Below, piece after piece: positions 28,308 through 37,696 of a DNA stretch of 64,000 bases (position 1 is its first letter; every line of letters starts with the position of its first letter). Origin of the DNA: an uncultured virus (IMG/VR IMGVR_UViG_3300020447_000005). Its lineage: Duplodnaviria > Heunggongvirae > Uroviricota > Caudoviricetes. Both the position numbers and the translations under genes were made by a program. Under the pieces are notes generated by a model. It did not search any database. It saw only the letters and a list, made by a program, of their open reading frames with translations, and was not told the origin of the DNA. The stretch lies in IMG/VR virus record IMGVR_UViG_3300020447_000005. One strand, 5' to 3'.

Positions 28308-30002
28308 TTACTCCTCCTCCTCATCGATAGGTGTAGGAACTGCGTACAGTTCAGCTGGACGCGACTGCTGTTGTTTTAGTGCACGACTGCGTTGAGCTTT
28401 CTCTAAGATTTTACCGCGACTACCTCTATCCGCTAACCCTTTGACAAGCAGATAACCTAAAATAGAGCTGGGAATGGCGTAAGTCGCGTAAGCCCCTAAA
28501 GCACGCCCTCGTGTGTCAGGGCTTACGATACTATCTAAATCAAGAGCTTCTTTATTCATCTTGTTATATAGCTCGTCTAATGCCACGCCTAACTCGGAAT
28601 CGCTTCCTCGTTTGTACTGCGAGACTAGCGCCTCTTGAAATTCATTGCGAGACTCATCCACTTCATCGTCAATCTCTTGACGACGTCTTTTGTCTAATAT
28701 GTGATCAATTAACTTCCATCCCCCGTAGCCTCCAAGAGCGCCAGCGCCAAGCATAGAAGGCATGTACCACCACAAACCGGGCTTAGAAGTCGGCCCAGGT
28801 TTAGGCATATCTATCGCTTGTTTATCAGCGCTATATTTTCGGAATGAGAACCCGTTGTTATCTTCCCCTTCTTGACGAGCCTGCTCAGCTCTTTGCTCCA
28901 AAACTTCTATTTCCTCGTCTTCTTTGCTTGCCCGTTCTCCCGGCGACTTACCGAACAACGCCTTAGTTGCTTTATTACCCAGGACACCGCCTCCAATACC
29001 GCCAGCAAGTAAACCAGCAAGTGCCCCAATACCCTGCGACCTAGAACTAGACTTAGTTCCCCTTAATTTCGCAATTAAATTAGCTACCCCAACACCGCCC
29101 CCAGCACCCAACAAGCTTCCCACCGTAGCGCCAGCTCCAGTACCAAGACCGCGCGTCCCGTGATGCAGCATATTTGGAAGAACTTCGCCCTTAGGGGCTG
29201 TCCCTGCGCCGTACCCCGCACCAATACCGCCGCCTAGTAACATTGCCGGAGTAAAGGCTTGCTTGTCACGAGCTGCCTTAAAGGGCTGATTCAACCTTAC
29301 TTTCGACCGATCGTAAGCCCGCTGCGCACTATCTACCCCTTGTTGCCCCGCAGCACGTGTTTGATTTCCCGCGTTCCACGCTTGACCGGCTTGCTGCTTG
29401 CCCTGTCTATGACCGCCACGTGCAAAACCACTTACATAACCTCCTGCTGCCGTAACTGGCGCAACCATATCCTGACCGAGTCCTTTCCACCAGGACCCAG
29501 TATTTGCCATTTGCTTATCTCCCAAAGTCTGTTGCGCAGCCTCCCTCCTGTCATAATTTTTACCGTACTGCGATGCAGCCTGTTGCGCTCCTGCTGTACC
29601 GTGCGGCACCAAATTTTTCGTTCGAGCCCCCATTTGTCCAAATGTCTTAGTTGGACCTGAAGTCCCGCCACCAAACGTTTTATTGTATACACCCTTGAAA
29701 AACTCAGCTTCCTTCTCTTCTCCGTTTTCGTCTTTAAAAGAAGGACGATAAGGGACAGGAAGAGGAGCAACACCAGGGCGAGTGCTTAATTTTTTACTGC
29801 TTCGTGTCAACAGATTCCACAATCCTTGCCCGCCACGAGCCGTGCCTGCTACGCCAGCACCCAACAAAGCGGTATTTAAAATGTCTCGCATAGCTTCGCT
29901 ACGCAATTGCTTTTGAAGCTGTGTTTGCATATCAGCAATACTTGACATGCCTTTCTTTTCTTGAACTTTTGCAATAACATGCTTTGCTTTTTTGCTGTCC
30001 AT
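28308..30002 (-). CDS. Glycine-zipper internal virion polyprotein candidate
   Basis: Several Gly-rich hydrophobic segments separated by EKEA, DKQA, DKQA and NKEA. No Cys. Confidence 0.6.
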   Translation of the reverse strand: MDSKKAKHVIAKVQEKKGMSSIADMQTQLQKQLRSEAMRDILNTALLGAGVAGTARGGQGLWNLLTRSSKKLSTRPGVAPLPVPYRPSFKDENGEEKEAEFFKGVYNKTFGGGTSGPTKTFGQMGARTKNLVPHGTAGAQQAASQYGKNYDRREAAQQTLGDKQMANTGSWWKGLGQDMVAPVTAAGGYVSGFARGGHRQGKQQAGQAWNAGNQTRAAGQQGVDSAQRAYDRSKVRLNQPFKAARDKQAFTPAMLLGGGIGAGYGAGTAPKGEVLPNMLHHGTRGLGTGAGATVGSLLGAGGGVGVANLIAKLRGTKSSSRSQGIGALAGLLAGGIGGGVLGNKATKALFGKSPGERASKEDEEIEVLEQRAEQARQEGEDNNGFSFRKYSADKQAIDMPKPGPTSKPGLWWYMPSMLGAGALGGYGGWKLIDHILDKRRRQEIDDEVDESRNEFQEALVSQYKRGSDSELGVALDELYNKMNKEALDLDSIVSPDTRGRALGAYATYAIPSSILGYLLVKGLADRGSRGKILEKAQRSRALKQQQSRPAELYAVPTPIDEEEE

Positions 30003-30008
30003 AGCTAT

Positions 30009-30380
30009 TTAGCTCCTAGGCAATGTTGCTTTCGTTGGCTGACCGTCTTCAAGGAAATACTCCAACCATTCCATGTAAACGTGATGATGTTTATCGTCAT
30101 CTTCTCGCCAACGTTCGATGAAAACAAGGTGAAACCATCCGTTGGCCACCCCGTCCATCACTTCTAAATACTGTTTGTTCTGTTTATCGTCGCCCGTGTA
30201 GAACATTGAGTTCTTGGGGTCTGCAACTCGAACTAACCTATCCTCAAACTCCTCGTCACGAAGGAGTGGTGCCTGTGTACCACGAAACGGTAATCCATCT
30301 AAATCTGCTCGTCCCCAAAAAAGATTACCACGTCCATTACCTTCTGTTTTGTTAACAAACTTAATCAAGTTATTTGGCAT
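30009..30380 (-). CDS. Hypothetical protein
   Basis: 123 aa with a GGGGA SD. Confidence 0.65.
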   Translation of the reverse strand: MPNNLIKFVNKTEGNGRGNLFWGRADLDGLPFRGTQAPLLRDEEFEDRLVRVADPKNSMFYTGDDKQNKQYLEVMDGVANGWFHLVFIERWREDDDKHHHVYMEWLEYFLEDGQPTKATLPRS

Positions 30381-30389
30381 AGTTCCCCA

Positions 30390-30824
30390 CTACAGATATA
30401 TACCGCCGCTAGATTTACGACGGTCTCGATATGCTCTTAGAGCTTTCGATTGTCGAAGTCTATCGGCTTGACGTCTATACTCGTCGATTAACTCCTGCTT
30501 TTTAACATCATCCACGTCTTCTTCGTCAACGTCTGTCATCTTAGACATGCCGTAACCAGCTACACCACCTAATGCCGCAGGACCAAATATTGCAGCACTT
30601 GTTCCTAAATCCAACCCTTTTTGAAGAACAGGCTTTGCAAGTCCTGCTGCTCCTCTGAGAAGGTCTTTAAGAATTCCGTAGCCAGGAATGTCCGCCTGCT
30701 TCTCAAATACATCTAGCTGATCCGAAGCAGTCTTAACGCGAGAGAGGGCCTCCTCCGTACTAATACCCTCCTCAACACATCGAGTTAGAAAGCCAGCTTT
30801 AAAAGATTCTAGTCCTGAGAGCAT
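30390..30824 (-). CDS. Small glycine-zipper protein with N-terminal pro-segment (FKAGFL...EKQA)
   Basis: VKTA and EKQA motifs, followed by PAALGGVAGYG. Confidence 0.6.
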   Translation of the reverse strand: MLSGLESFKAGFLTRCVEEGISTEEALSRVKTASDQLDVFEKQADIPGYGILKDLLRGAAGLAKPVLQKGLDLGTSAAIFGPAALGGVAGYGMSKMTDVDEEDVDDVKKQELIDEYRRQADRLRQSKALRAYRDRRKSSGGIYL

Positions 30825-30836
30825 CCTTGCTATCTC

Positions 30837-31220
30837 CTAAAATGTGCGTAAATCTGGAACAACAACGTTCAACGGCTTACGTCGTTTCGCGTCTGCTATC
30901 GCTTCCTTAGACCCAGCTTCGCCTTGAGTTTTAGCAATGTTAGAAAGATCCACCGCTTCTTCTATAAAACGCTGTTGGCGATCTAACTCGTCTTTGTGAG
31001 CGTATCCATCCGTAGCAAGCTCAGTCTTACTGTTACCCACCATGTCGTTAACAGCTTTAAGACGATGTAAGAAAACTCTAATGGGCATACTCTCGTAACT
31101 ATTGTCACGAGAATCTTCCATATGAATCAAACCTCGATCCGCCCACCATCTCTGACATTTTGGGTTGCTTCGCGGCCCAAAGAAAATAACATTATGTGAA
31201 ACACCAAGTAGATACGACAT
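30837..31220 (-). CDS. Hypothetical protein
   Basis: 127 aa. No SD, preceded by a TAAAT-N6-ATTTA element. Confidence 0.6.
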   Translation of the reverse strand: MSYLLGVSHNVIFFGPRSNPKCQRWWADRGLIHMEDSRDNSYESMPIRVFLHRLKAVNDMVGNSKTELATDGYAHKDELDRQQRFIEEAVDLSNIAKTQGEAGSKEAIADAKRRKPLNVVVPDLRTF

Positions 31221-31223
31221 AGT

Positions 31224-31239
31224 TAAATTCTACTATTTA
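31224..31239 (-). promoter_or_regulatory. 16-bp TAAATAGTAGAATTTA element
   Basis: Lies 3 nt upstream of the ATG at 31220. Confidence 0.6.
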
Positions 31240-31241
31240 GA

Positions 31242-31667
31242 TTAGGTGGTAGGTTCAACCGGAGTGTCAGGTGTGTCCGGAGCATCTGGCGTAGGAGGCC
31301 AACCACCCTTGTTAAAGATAGCTACAACAGCATCAATAGTGCCGTCGGCCACTACGATGAGAAGCTGCTTCAGACCTTTATCAATAATAGGCTCAATAAA
31401 GTTAGGAATCTTGTCGATATCAACAGGAGCTATAACTTCGTCATAAAACATATCAATAGCTGCCAGCACCGCAGCCTTCTTAGCACTCCCGTCACCGTCA
31501 TGAAAAGCTTCTGCAACAGTAACCATTTCACTGACAGCAGTGCCTAACAGAGCAATAACGTCAGAAACGGATATTGATCCATCTTCTTTAGCTTCTTTGT
31601 ACGAGGCGATGATACTCGTAATAGCTTCTGAGAATTTCGCATACAGAGTGTTATCATCCGTGCTCAT
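31242..31667 (-). CDS. Hypothetical acidic helical protein
   Basis: AAGGAG SD and a G.AKKAAV motif. Confidence 0.65.
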   Translation of the reverse strand: MSTDDNTLYAKFSEAITSIIASYKEAKEDGSISVSDVIALLGTAVSEMVTVAEAFHDGDGSAKKAAVLAAIDMFYDEVIAPVDIDKIPNFIEPIIDKGLKQLLIVVADGTIDAVVAIFNKGGWPPTPDAPDTPDTPVEPTT

Positions 31668-31682
31668 TTTAGTAACTCCTTT

Positions 31683-32750
31683 TTAATTGAATAATCTAGG
31701 AACCAAGGTGTTGATAATACCTAGAGCGGCTCCCGTACGTTTTAGTATAGTTTGCGTGCCTGGCGGCATTCCTGTTAAAAGCCCCAGGCCCTTACCAACA
31801 GCCCAGCCCGTAGCATAACCTTTTGCCCCGCCACCAGCAGCACCCATCATAGTGCCAAGTAACCCAGTTTGACGAGGAGTAACATACCCCGGACCAACAC
31901 CACCAGGCAACTGTTGTGCTGCGTAAACACTCGACATTGTAGCTGCTGCGGTCTGAGGAGTCGCCCCTACATCCCACAAAGTCTGACCTAAACGATTAAT
32001 ATTAACAGGCTGCACGTTCTCTGCCCCCGCCCCATGGCCAAGAGTATTAAAGGCATTCTTAATAAAAGACGCCGATGCTTTCTCTCTCCAGTCCGAAACA
32101 TCAATACGATTTCTAGCGGATCTATCTACTTTATTTTTTAGTAACTCATTGCTATTCACAGGGAGACCGCTCTTTTGATTGGTCATCGCCCACAAAGCAC
32201 CAGGAGATGCCCCCATCAGTGCGCCTAAAATAGCTAGAGATTTTCTTGTTCTCCCTGAGCGATGCGTCTTCTCCGGCATAACTTTTTCACCCGCCCAGCC
32301 TAGCCCATAACCTAACCCTGCCCCCATTAGACCGCTTGTCAACATAGCAGCTAAAGGACTGGGCTTGTTCCAAGGAATATCGTTAGAAGGAAAGAAGTTA
32401 AGCAACTCCCCCATTCGAGCCAACGTCGGACTGTACGCTACTTTTATCCACGTACCGTCAACAACATCGGCATCAGAAAGAAGGCCACTCTGTACGTGAT
32501 CTACACCTACTGCGCGATCAAGAGCGGACTTGCACCAAGAGGCCTCAGTAACATCTGTAACAGGGCGAATGTGAATTGCAGCTTTTTCAATTTCAGGGTT
32601 CCAGTAATAACCCACGTGATTACGAGTATAAATGCTACCTACTTTAGAACGTATGTCCCACGCAGGGGCAGCACACTTCTCAACCAAAGAATCTATTCGC
32701 TCTGGAACTTGGCTCCAGAGGTATGCATCAATCTCTTCGAAATTAGGCAT
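31683..32750 (-). CDS. Glycine-zipper internal virion protein candidate
   Basis: EKCA, EKAA, IKVA and IKNA motifs with GxxxG segments. Cys occurs only before IKVA. Confidence 0.6.
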   Translation of the reverse strand: MPNFEEIDAYLWSQVPERIDSLVEKCAAPAWDIRSKVGSIYTRNHVGYYWNPEIEKAAIHIRPVTDVTEASWCKSALDRAVGVDHVQSGLLSDADVVDGTWIKVAYSPTLARMGELLNFFPSNDIPWNKPSPLAAMLTSGLMGAGLGYGLGWAGEKVMPEKTHRSGRTRKSLAILGALMGASPGALWAMTNQKSGLPVNSNELLKNKVDRSARNRIDVSDWREKASASFIKNAFNTLGHGAGAENVQPVNINRLGQTLWDVGATPQTAAATMSSVYAAQQLPGGVGPGYVTPRQTGLLGTMMGAAGGGAKGYATGWAVGKGLGLLTGMPPGTQTILKRTGAALGIINTLVPRLFN

Positions 32751-32850
32751 GTTACGTCCCAACACCGGTAAAAATATTTCTACCTCGTAATAATAACATA
32801 AAAAGTACTGAAACCGTTACGCTATTTACTACTTAGCTCTTAAAGCCCCT

Positions 32851-32885
32851 AAAAAACAAGCCCCCATAATAACGGGGGCTTGTTT
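32851..32885 (-). terminator. Intrinsic terminator separating the RNR region from the structural block
   Basis: AAACAAGCCCCC-N8-GGGGGCTTGTTTTTT on the minus strand. Confidence 0.85.
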
Positions 32886-32910
32886 CACTTTCTAGCTTTA
32901 AAGCGTACTG

Positions 32911-33333
32911 CTACTCAACGACAACACCAAGGCCAACGCTATTCAAAATTGAACTTGGGCTAGGAATGCGGACGTCCAAATTCACAATACCGTCCAAAAT
33001 ACCTGGAGAGTGTACTTCCAACAATGCGCCGTCCTCAACCTCAGGCGTAATATCACACCTACCGCCTTCACAATTCCTGCGAGCAGCTCGCGGTCTTTTT
33101 CCATCAAGCAGTATACTACGTTCGCCTTCAAGCCGCTCAATTCGATTTGAAATTCGAGCGACGCGTCTTGCATGAATACGGCTTACAATACTTCCATTGA
33201 ACAAACCACAACCGTTAAACAAACCGCCTCCACCAAACAAACCACTACCACCACAGCATCCTGCTCCAGCGGAATTCGGAATGGCTAGTAGACCACAAAC
33301 AACTAAAGCACCTAACAACAACTTGGCTTTCAT
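32911..33333 (-). CDS. Secreted hypothetical protein (signal peptide; GGLF repeats)
   Basis: MKAKLLLGALVVCGLLAIPNSAGA signal-like N-terminus. AAGGAG SD. Confidence 0.6.
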   Translation of the reverse strand: MKAKLLLGALVVCGLLAIPNSAGAGCCGGSGLFGGGGLFNGCGLFNGSIVSRIHARRVARISNRIERLEGERSILLDGKRPRAARRNCEGGRCDITPEVEDGALLEVHSPGILDGIVNLDVRIPSPSSILNSVGLGVVVE

Positions 33334-33345
33334 CGGAAAACTCCT

Positions 33346-35325
33346 TTAGATTGAGCATTTGTCGCCAGTACACGCATACTGTTGACTCAGCTCGGTCATG
33401 TCCTCTGTTTCATACGTTACTAATTGAGACCAGTCAATCACAGGAAACTCTGCTGCGCGAACTGTGTACTCATCTTCTGTAATAGTCTCATACGGTGCAA
33501 GGGGGTAAACACCACCAAAGTAAGGCAAAAAACTAAGGCCTCCTACCTCATCCCAATGCGAGTAAACCCACTCACCTACAACATCCCATTCGTCGTCCTT
33601 AACATAAATTGTTACAGAAGGATTATGCTCTGTCCAGCTGCGCTTATACCGTAACCACAACTCTAATTGACCTAAAGCTGTCTGCTCTGCCAGCGTAACC
33701 CCGTTCTCCGGGCTTTGCATTGGAAATTCTAATACTAACAATCCGCTATTGTCATAATCATCATGACATGGAACGCCAGCATCCTTCAACATACGTGCTA
33801 CAGGATTTGTAGCGCTAGTCCGCATCCTACGAATATAGTGTTTTCCGTGATGTCCTTTAAAACCAGCCGCTGTATCAAAGAAAACACTGCTATCACCAGA
33901 AGGTTTAATACACGTTAAAGCAGCAGAACAGTTAATATCTAAAATTTCTGCCCAATAAATGTTTGTCTCTTTTACAATATCCCGTAAATACGTAAGAACT
34001 TCCTCGCTGCTTTCCCCAGTCAGCATGGGATGATCAAGAAAACCCAATAGATCAACGCCAAGTAACCTTTCTTCTTCACTGTTCTTCTGCCACTCAGGAC
34101 TTAGATATTCAAACTTTGTCATAGTTGCCTGTAACGTCCCCCAAATAGTCGCCAATCGTACTTTGTTAACAATAGCCTCTAACGAATCGTCTGGACGAAC
34201 TACTGCAATAGACAAGTTACAGAACTGTTTGTGGCGAAGAACAATTTCTCCGCAAGGGTTAGTCCCAAAGACATGCCCTTTAGTTATACGCCTAGAAGGG
34301 AACTGCTTCTCTAGGCTACCGCGATTAAATATACCTCGCTCCCCGCTACCACTGGCATGAATGGCTTTCCATTCAGCTTGCCAGACCTCTCGCTCCGGCT
34401 TGTCGCGATAGACTGCCGAATTATTCGCTTGGTTACGCTGCGGATTTGTCTCCCAAAACTCACCTACCTTAGAGTTTTGCATATCGATGTCATTTAAATC
34501 AGAAAGAGAAATACCGCTTGCTCTACGCACACCACCCATCTGCACAATACGATGAGCATAACAATTGATGTCGTGCAAATCTAAGCTCGTTAAACAAGTA
34601 TCCTGACGACTTAAAATACGATGACGAGTGAATCGCAATAAATCTCGAAGAGGACCGGGACCAGAAGACCGACCACCCTTTATTTTAAGCGGCGTGCCCT
34701 CAGGACGTATTAAACTGAAATCAAATTCAATATCGCCACCGGCAAGCCACGTCTCCAACCCAAGCTTGTACGCGTCACACCACCCCTCAGTCGTATCCGA
34801 AATTTCGTGGTATGCAATTTCTTTGTTATGTTGTTGTTGCACACGTGGCCAATGTTTAACACTTTCCTCGTATTCAACGGAGAACCCTACACCAGTCCCC
34901 TGCATAAGAATGTATAACTCTTCTGCCATATCTTGCGGACCACGCAAAAATTGAAAGGCACAGTTATATACGCCAACGTGACAACGATCTAAAGCGGGAC
35001 CGCTCATCTGAACGCAACGCATCGAAGGACTTGCTTCTAGATTTAAAAGGCCATCAGCTAGCTGAGACCAAGTCTTGCTTGAAATCTTAAATGCGTTGGC
35101 TTCGGCATGAGTACGAAAAAAAGAAATGACCCGCTCTACTGTTTCGGGCCAAAGTTCTCTGCGTTGCTTTTCAGGTATGTATCTTGCAAATTTGTCAAAT
35201 GCTTGAAATAGTTGTGCATGACCGTTAGGTCCCGAAAAATGTTTTTGACTACTGTCAAACTGCTGTTTTAGCTCGTTGTTAAATTCATGGAGAGACACCG
35301 ATCCTTGCACAACCTTAGGCTGCAT
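33346..35325 (-). CDS. nrdJ: Class II (adenosylcobalamin-dependent) ribonucleotide reductase, monomeric RTPR-like
   Basis: YNC, GTGVGFS, GGVRRAS, GTNPCGEI, CNLS and IKPSG motifs with a C-terminal CTGDKC. No beta-subunit gene nearby. Confidence 0.9.
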   Translation of the reverse strand: MQPKVVQGSVSLHEFNNELKQQFDSSQKHFSGPNGHAQLFQAFDKFARYIPEKQRRELWPETVERVISFFRTHAEANAFKISSKTWSQLADGLLNLEASPSMRCVQMSGPALDRCHVGVYNCAFQFLRGPQDMAEELYILMQGTGVGFSVEYEESVKHWPRVQQQHNKEIAYHEISDTTEGWCDAYKLGLETWLAGGDIEFDFSLIRPEGTPLKIKGGRSSGPGPLRDLLRFTRHRILSRQDTCLTSLDLHDINCYAHRIVQMGGVRRASGISLSDLNDIDMQNSKVGEFWETNPQRNQANNSAVYRDKPEREVWQAEWKAIHASGSGERGIFNRGSLEKQFPSRRITKGHVFGTNPCGEIVLRHKQFCNLSIAVVRPDDSLEAIVNKVRLATIWGTLQATMTKFEYLSPEWQKNSEEERLLGVDLLGFLDHPMLTGESSEEVLTYLRDIVKETNIYWAEILDINCSAALTCIKPSGDSSVFFDTAAGFKGHHGKHYIRRMRTSATNPVARMLKDAGVPCHDDYDNSGLLVLEFPMQSPENGVTLAEQTALGQLELWLRYKRSWTEHNPSVTIYVKDDEWDVVGEWVYSHWDEVGGLSFLPYFGGVYPLAPYETITEDEYTVRAAEFPVIDWSQLVTYETEDMTELSQQYACTGDKCSI

Positions 35326-35376
35326 AATACATCTCCTCGTCAGAACACACCGTTGTCAAAATAGCGGATTCCACCA

Positions 35377-35838
35377 CTAGTCACTTTGTTTAGGCCACCA
35401 ATCACCACTTATATGATCGACCACCAACGAGACATCCTCGCCTGACGGAGCCGCTGCGAAAAGCTGAAACCGCACGTTATTGCTGCCACATGATCCATCT
35501 ATTCGCAACTGAGGTCCTTCAAGTCCGCCATTATAAACAGACGGCTGTATCCATACCAGATCCTTCACTACAGAAAATTCGGAGAGTACGGATTGAATGT
35601 TTATTTTAAAGCCGGGATGAACAATCGTGCCGTCAGAAGCTCCGCCACGTACTTCATTAGGGCATGGATAAACGCCTACAATCCACTTACCCAATACATT
35701 TACTTCATGATCAGGTGCTAGCCAACGATAACCTAAATGCCCCATCAGACTTATAGGCTCGATACTACGCATTACATGATCAACTAATTCTTTTAGCCAC
35801 GCTGGAGGTGGAATTGTCTGATGTACTTCTAGATTCAT
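35377..35838 (-). CDS. Hypothetical protein resembling a planctomycete conserved hypothetical
   Basis: Start revised to MNLEV (GGAG SD). The LG..W...EVRGG..DG...GP.L.IDG pattern is recognised from memory only. Confidence 0.55.
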   Translation of the reverse strand: MNLEVHQTIPPPAWLKELVDHVMRSIEPISLMGHLGYRWLAPDHEVNVLGKWIVGVYPCPNEVRGGASDGTIVHPGFKINIQSVLSEFSVVKDLVWIQPSVYNGGLEGPQLRIDGSCGSNNVRFQLFAAAPSGEDVSLVVDHISGDWWPKQSD

Positions 35839-36419
35839 CCAGATCTCCAAACAGGACCACCCGCAAAAAATCGACCGTGGAAATCCGAACAAAACGGATC
35901 ATCGCTGTCCTCTACGGCTAACAATAAATGTGGCGCTGCTTTATTAACATAGTCCTTAGCGGATAGTAAACACTCACGACGATGTTTTCCTAAAATTAAA
36001 ACACAATTAAAATAACCTTGCGGAGCAGGTGGTTGAACGTAATGCTCCAGACGTTCTTCATACCACACGTCTGCATCCGTTTGCGATCGAATCCAGTTTT
36101 CATCGTCTGCTCGTGAAATAACGCCGTGTAATTCAAAAGAAACACTACGTTTAAATTGAGATAAAACTTGATTGACGTGCACAATATCTCCTGCACGTCC
36201 CCACACAAGACACCGCATACCATCAGATTGGGCGGCAAACCGAATGAATCCAGATAGAAGGCGGTGCAATTGCCGAATAACAACGCCCGGATGAGAAGGA
36301 TAGACGTAAAAATACGTCGAAGAACATTCCTGCAAAGAATCTACTGTCTGAAGCCTAAGATCTTCAAAAGTTCTTCTAGGGTATTGCCCTAAATTAATAT
36401 CAGGCATTTCCATGTACAA
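35835..36419 (-). CDS. Hypothetical protein, possibly a degenerate methyltransferase-like fold
   Basis: 194 aa. FNCVLILG.H...C.....YV resembles the C-part of SAM-dependent methyltransferases. Confidence 0.5.
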   Translation of the reverse strand: MYMEMPDINLGQYPRRTFEDLRLQTVDSLQECSSTYFYVYPSHPGVVIRQLHRLLSGFIRFAAQSDGMRCLVWGRAGDIVHVNQVLSQFKRSVSFELHGVISRADDENWIRSQTDADVWYEERLEHYVQPPAPQGYFNCVLILGKHRRECLLSAKDYVNKAAPHLLLAVEDSDDPFCSDFHGRFFAGGPVWRSG

Positions 36420-36918
36420 GTCCTGCCCAATCTATCCGCTCCTGCGCTGCCCATTTCTCAATCTCGTCAACCGATCTCACTGGAACGGGCTTACCGTTAT
36501 GTACTAAACGAGATCCTGGGCCAATTGCGTGCGTAACCTGATAGTAACTAACAAAAACCTCGTCGTCTGCGTTGATAGGTTTAAGCGCTACAACAGCAAG
36601 ATTATCTCCGTCTTTCACAAGACGAGCATTAGGCTCACGACCGTGATTAGTGGCCATAGACGCTTCTGTCATCTCCCAATCATCAGTACCTAGGTCAGCA
36701 TTATTATCTTTCTCGCCAGCATGAAACAATTCTTCGCCTACTTCGAAGTCCTTTTCAGCAAATAAGCCCTTCCCAACTTTCTTACTGGCAGCAACGTACC
36801 AGTTCTCTTCGTCTTCTGCTCTCTTCACGGGAATAATATCCCTGTTTGCAGCTTCTTTTAGCAAACAGAACAAACTTCCTTTAAGTGCAGATTCTTTAGG
36901 CGGTATTTTATTATTCAC
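36400..36918 (-). CDS. SET-domain protein (putative protein lysine methyltransferase)
   Basis: S...GKGLFAEKDFEVGE, NHGREPN (NHSxxPN) and ALKPINADDEVFVSY (ELxxxY). GTG start with GGAGG SD. Confidence 0.85.
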   Translation of the reverse strand: MNNKIPPKESALKGSLFCLLKEAANRDIIPVKRAEDEENWYVAASKKVGKGLFAEKDFEVGEELFHAGEKDNNADLGTDDWEMTEASMATNHGREPNARLVKDGDNLAVVALKPINADDEVFVSYYQVTHAIGPGSRLVHNGKPVPVRSVDEIEKWAAQERIDWAGLVHGNA

Positions 36919-36966
36919 AATTAAACAACCTCCACGCAACAATGTAGAAATTTTCTCACAACGCTA

Positions 36967-36996
36967 TTGACGATGTCCCCCGAAGGAGACTAACAT
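36967..36996 (+). promoter_or_regulatory. Candidate sigma70-type promoter for csrA
   Basis: TTGACG-18 nt-TAACAT, about 47 nt before the csrA ATG. Confidence 0.45.
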
Positions 36997-37043
36997 AATT
37001 CCAGCACTTAAATGGAATGTAACCCCCCGGAAGGAGTCTGGAA

Positions 37044-37250
37044 ATGCTAGTCTTGTCCCGTAAGAAAGATGAAACCATTGTTATCAATAATGGGAACGAC
37101 GACATCCACATTACTATTGTGGACATCAGGGGTGATAAGATTCGAGTGGGCATCAACGCTCCTCCAGAAGTTTCCATTCATCGAGAAGAAGTTGCAACAG
37201 CTATAAAAAATAAAAAAATAGCTTCTAAAAATGTCACAACTACTAGCTGA
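37044..37250 (+). CDS. csrA: Carbon storage regulator CsrA/RsmA (RNA-binding translational regulator)
   Basis: MLVLSRKKDETIVI...DIRGDKIRVGINAPPEVSIHREEV. AAGGAG SD. Confidence 0.95.
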   Translation: MLVLSRKKDETIVINNGNDDIHITIVDIRGDKIRVGINAPPEVSIHREEVATAIKNKKIASKNVTTTS

Positions 37251-37635
37251 TCTCAGCTACTAAAGCTATCACACTCAAAGTTGCGGTGATTATCATCACA
37301 ACAAGTCCTGCAATTACTTGACTACGACTCAACGTCCGTGCTGCCGCAATAGTCGTACAGTTAGTTGCAACTTCTTCCAGCCACGAATGCTGTGAAGCCG
37401 TCTTTTGCTCCAGCGTAGTAAGTCGCTGTGCTATAGAAGGCTGTCCATTACCATCGCGCACAAGCTGACAAAGAGACTCTACATCATCCTTCATATCTAC
37501 AGTTTTTTGATCTAGCGCAGATAGTCGCTGAAGAATCTGATTGTTAGTCTCAGAAACTTTGTAGTAATCTTTACGCAAGCCATTGAAAAGCTCAACAGTA
37601 GCTCGGTCAAAACCGTTATCTTCTGTTTGTCCCAT
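37243..37635 (-). CDS. Coiled-coil protein with C-terminal transmembrane helix (holin/XhlA-like architecture)
   Basis: Heptad pattern, DGNG motif and hydrophobic C-terminus VIAGLVVMIITATLSVIALV. AGGAG SD. Confidence 0.55.
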   Translation of the reverse strand: MGQTEDNGFDRATVELFNGLRKDYYKVSETNNQILQRLSALDQKTVDMKDDVESLCQLVRDGNGQPSIAQRLTTLEQKTASQHSWLEEVATNCTTIAAARTLSRSQVIAGLVVMIITATLSVIALVAEIS

Positions 37636-37696
37636 CCTGGGCTCTCCTATCATCCATGAAAACTGATGACCTTCTAGGATCCCCTGCCCTAGAACC

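Noticed and set aside
1..32750. Portal and terminase genes
   Set aside because: No recognisable motifs in any ORF. They are probably outside the window.
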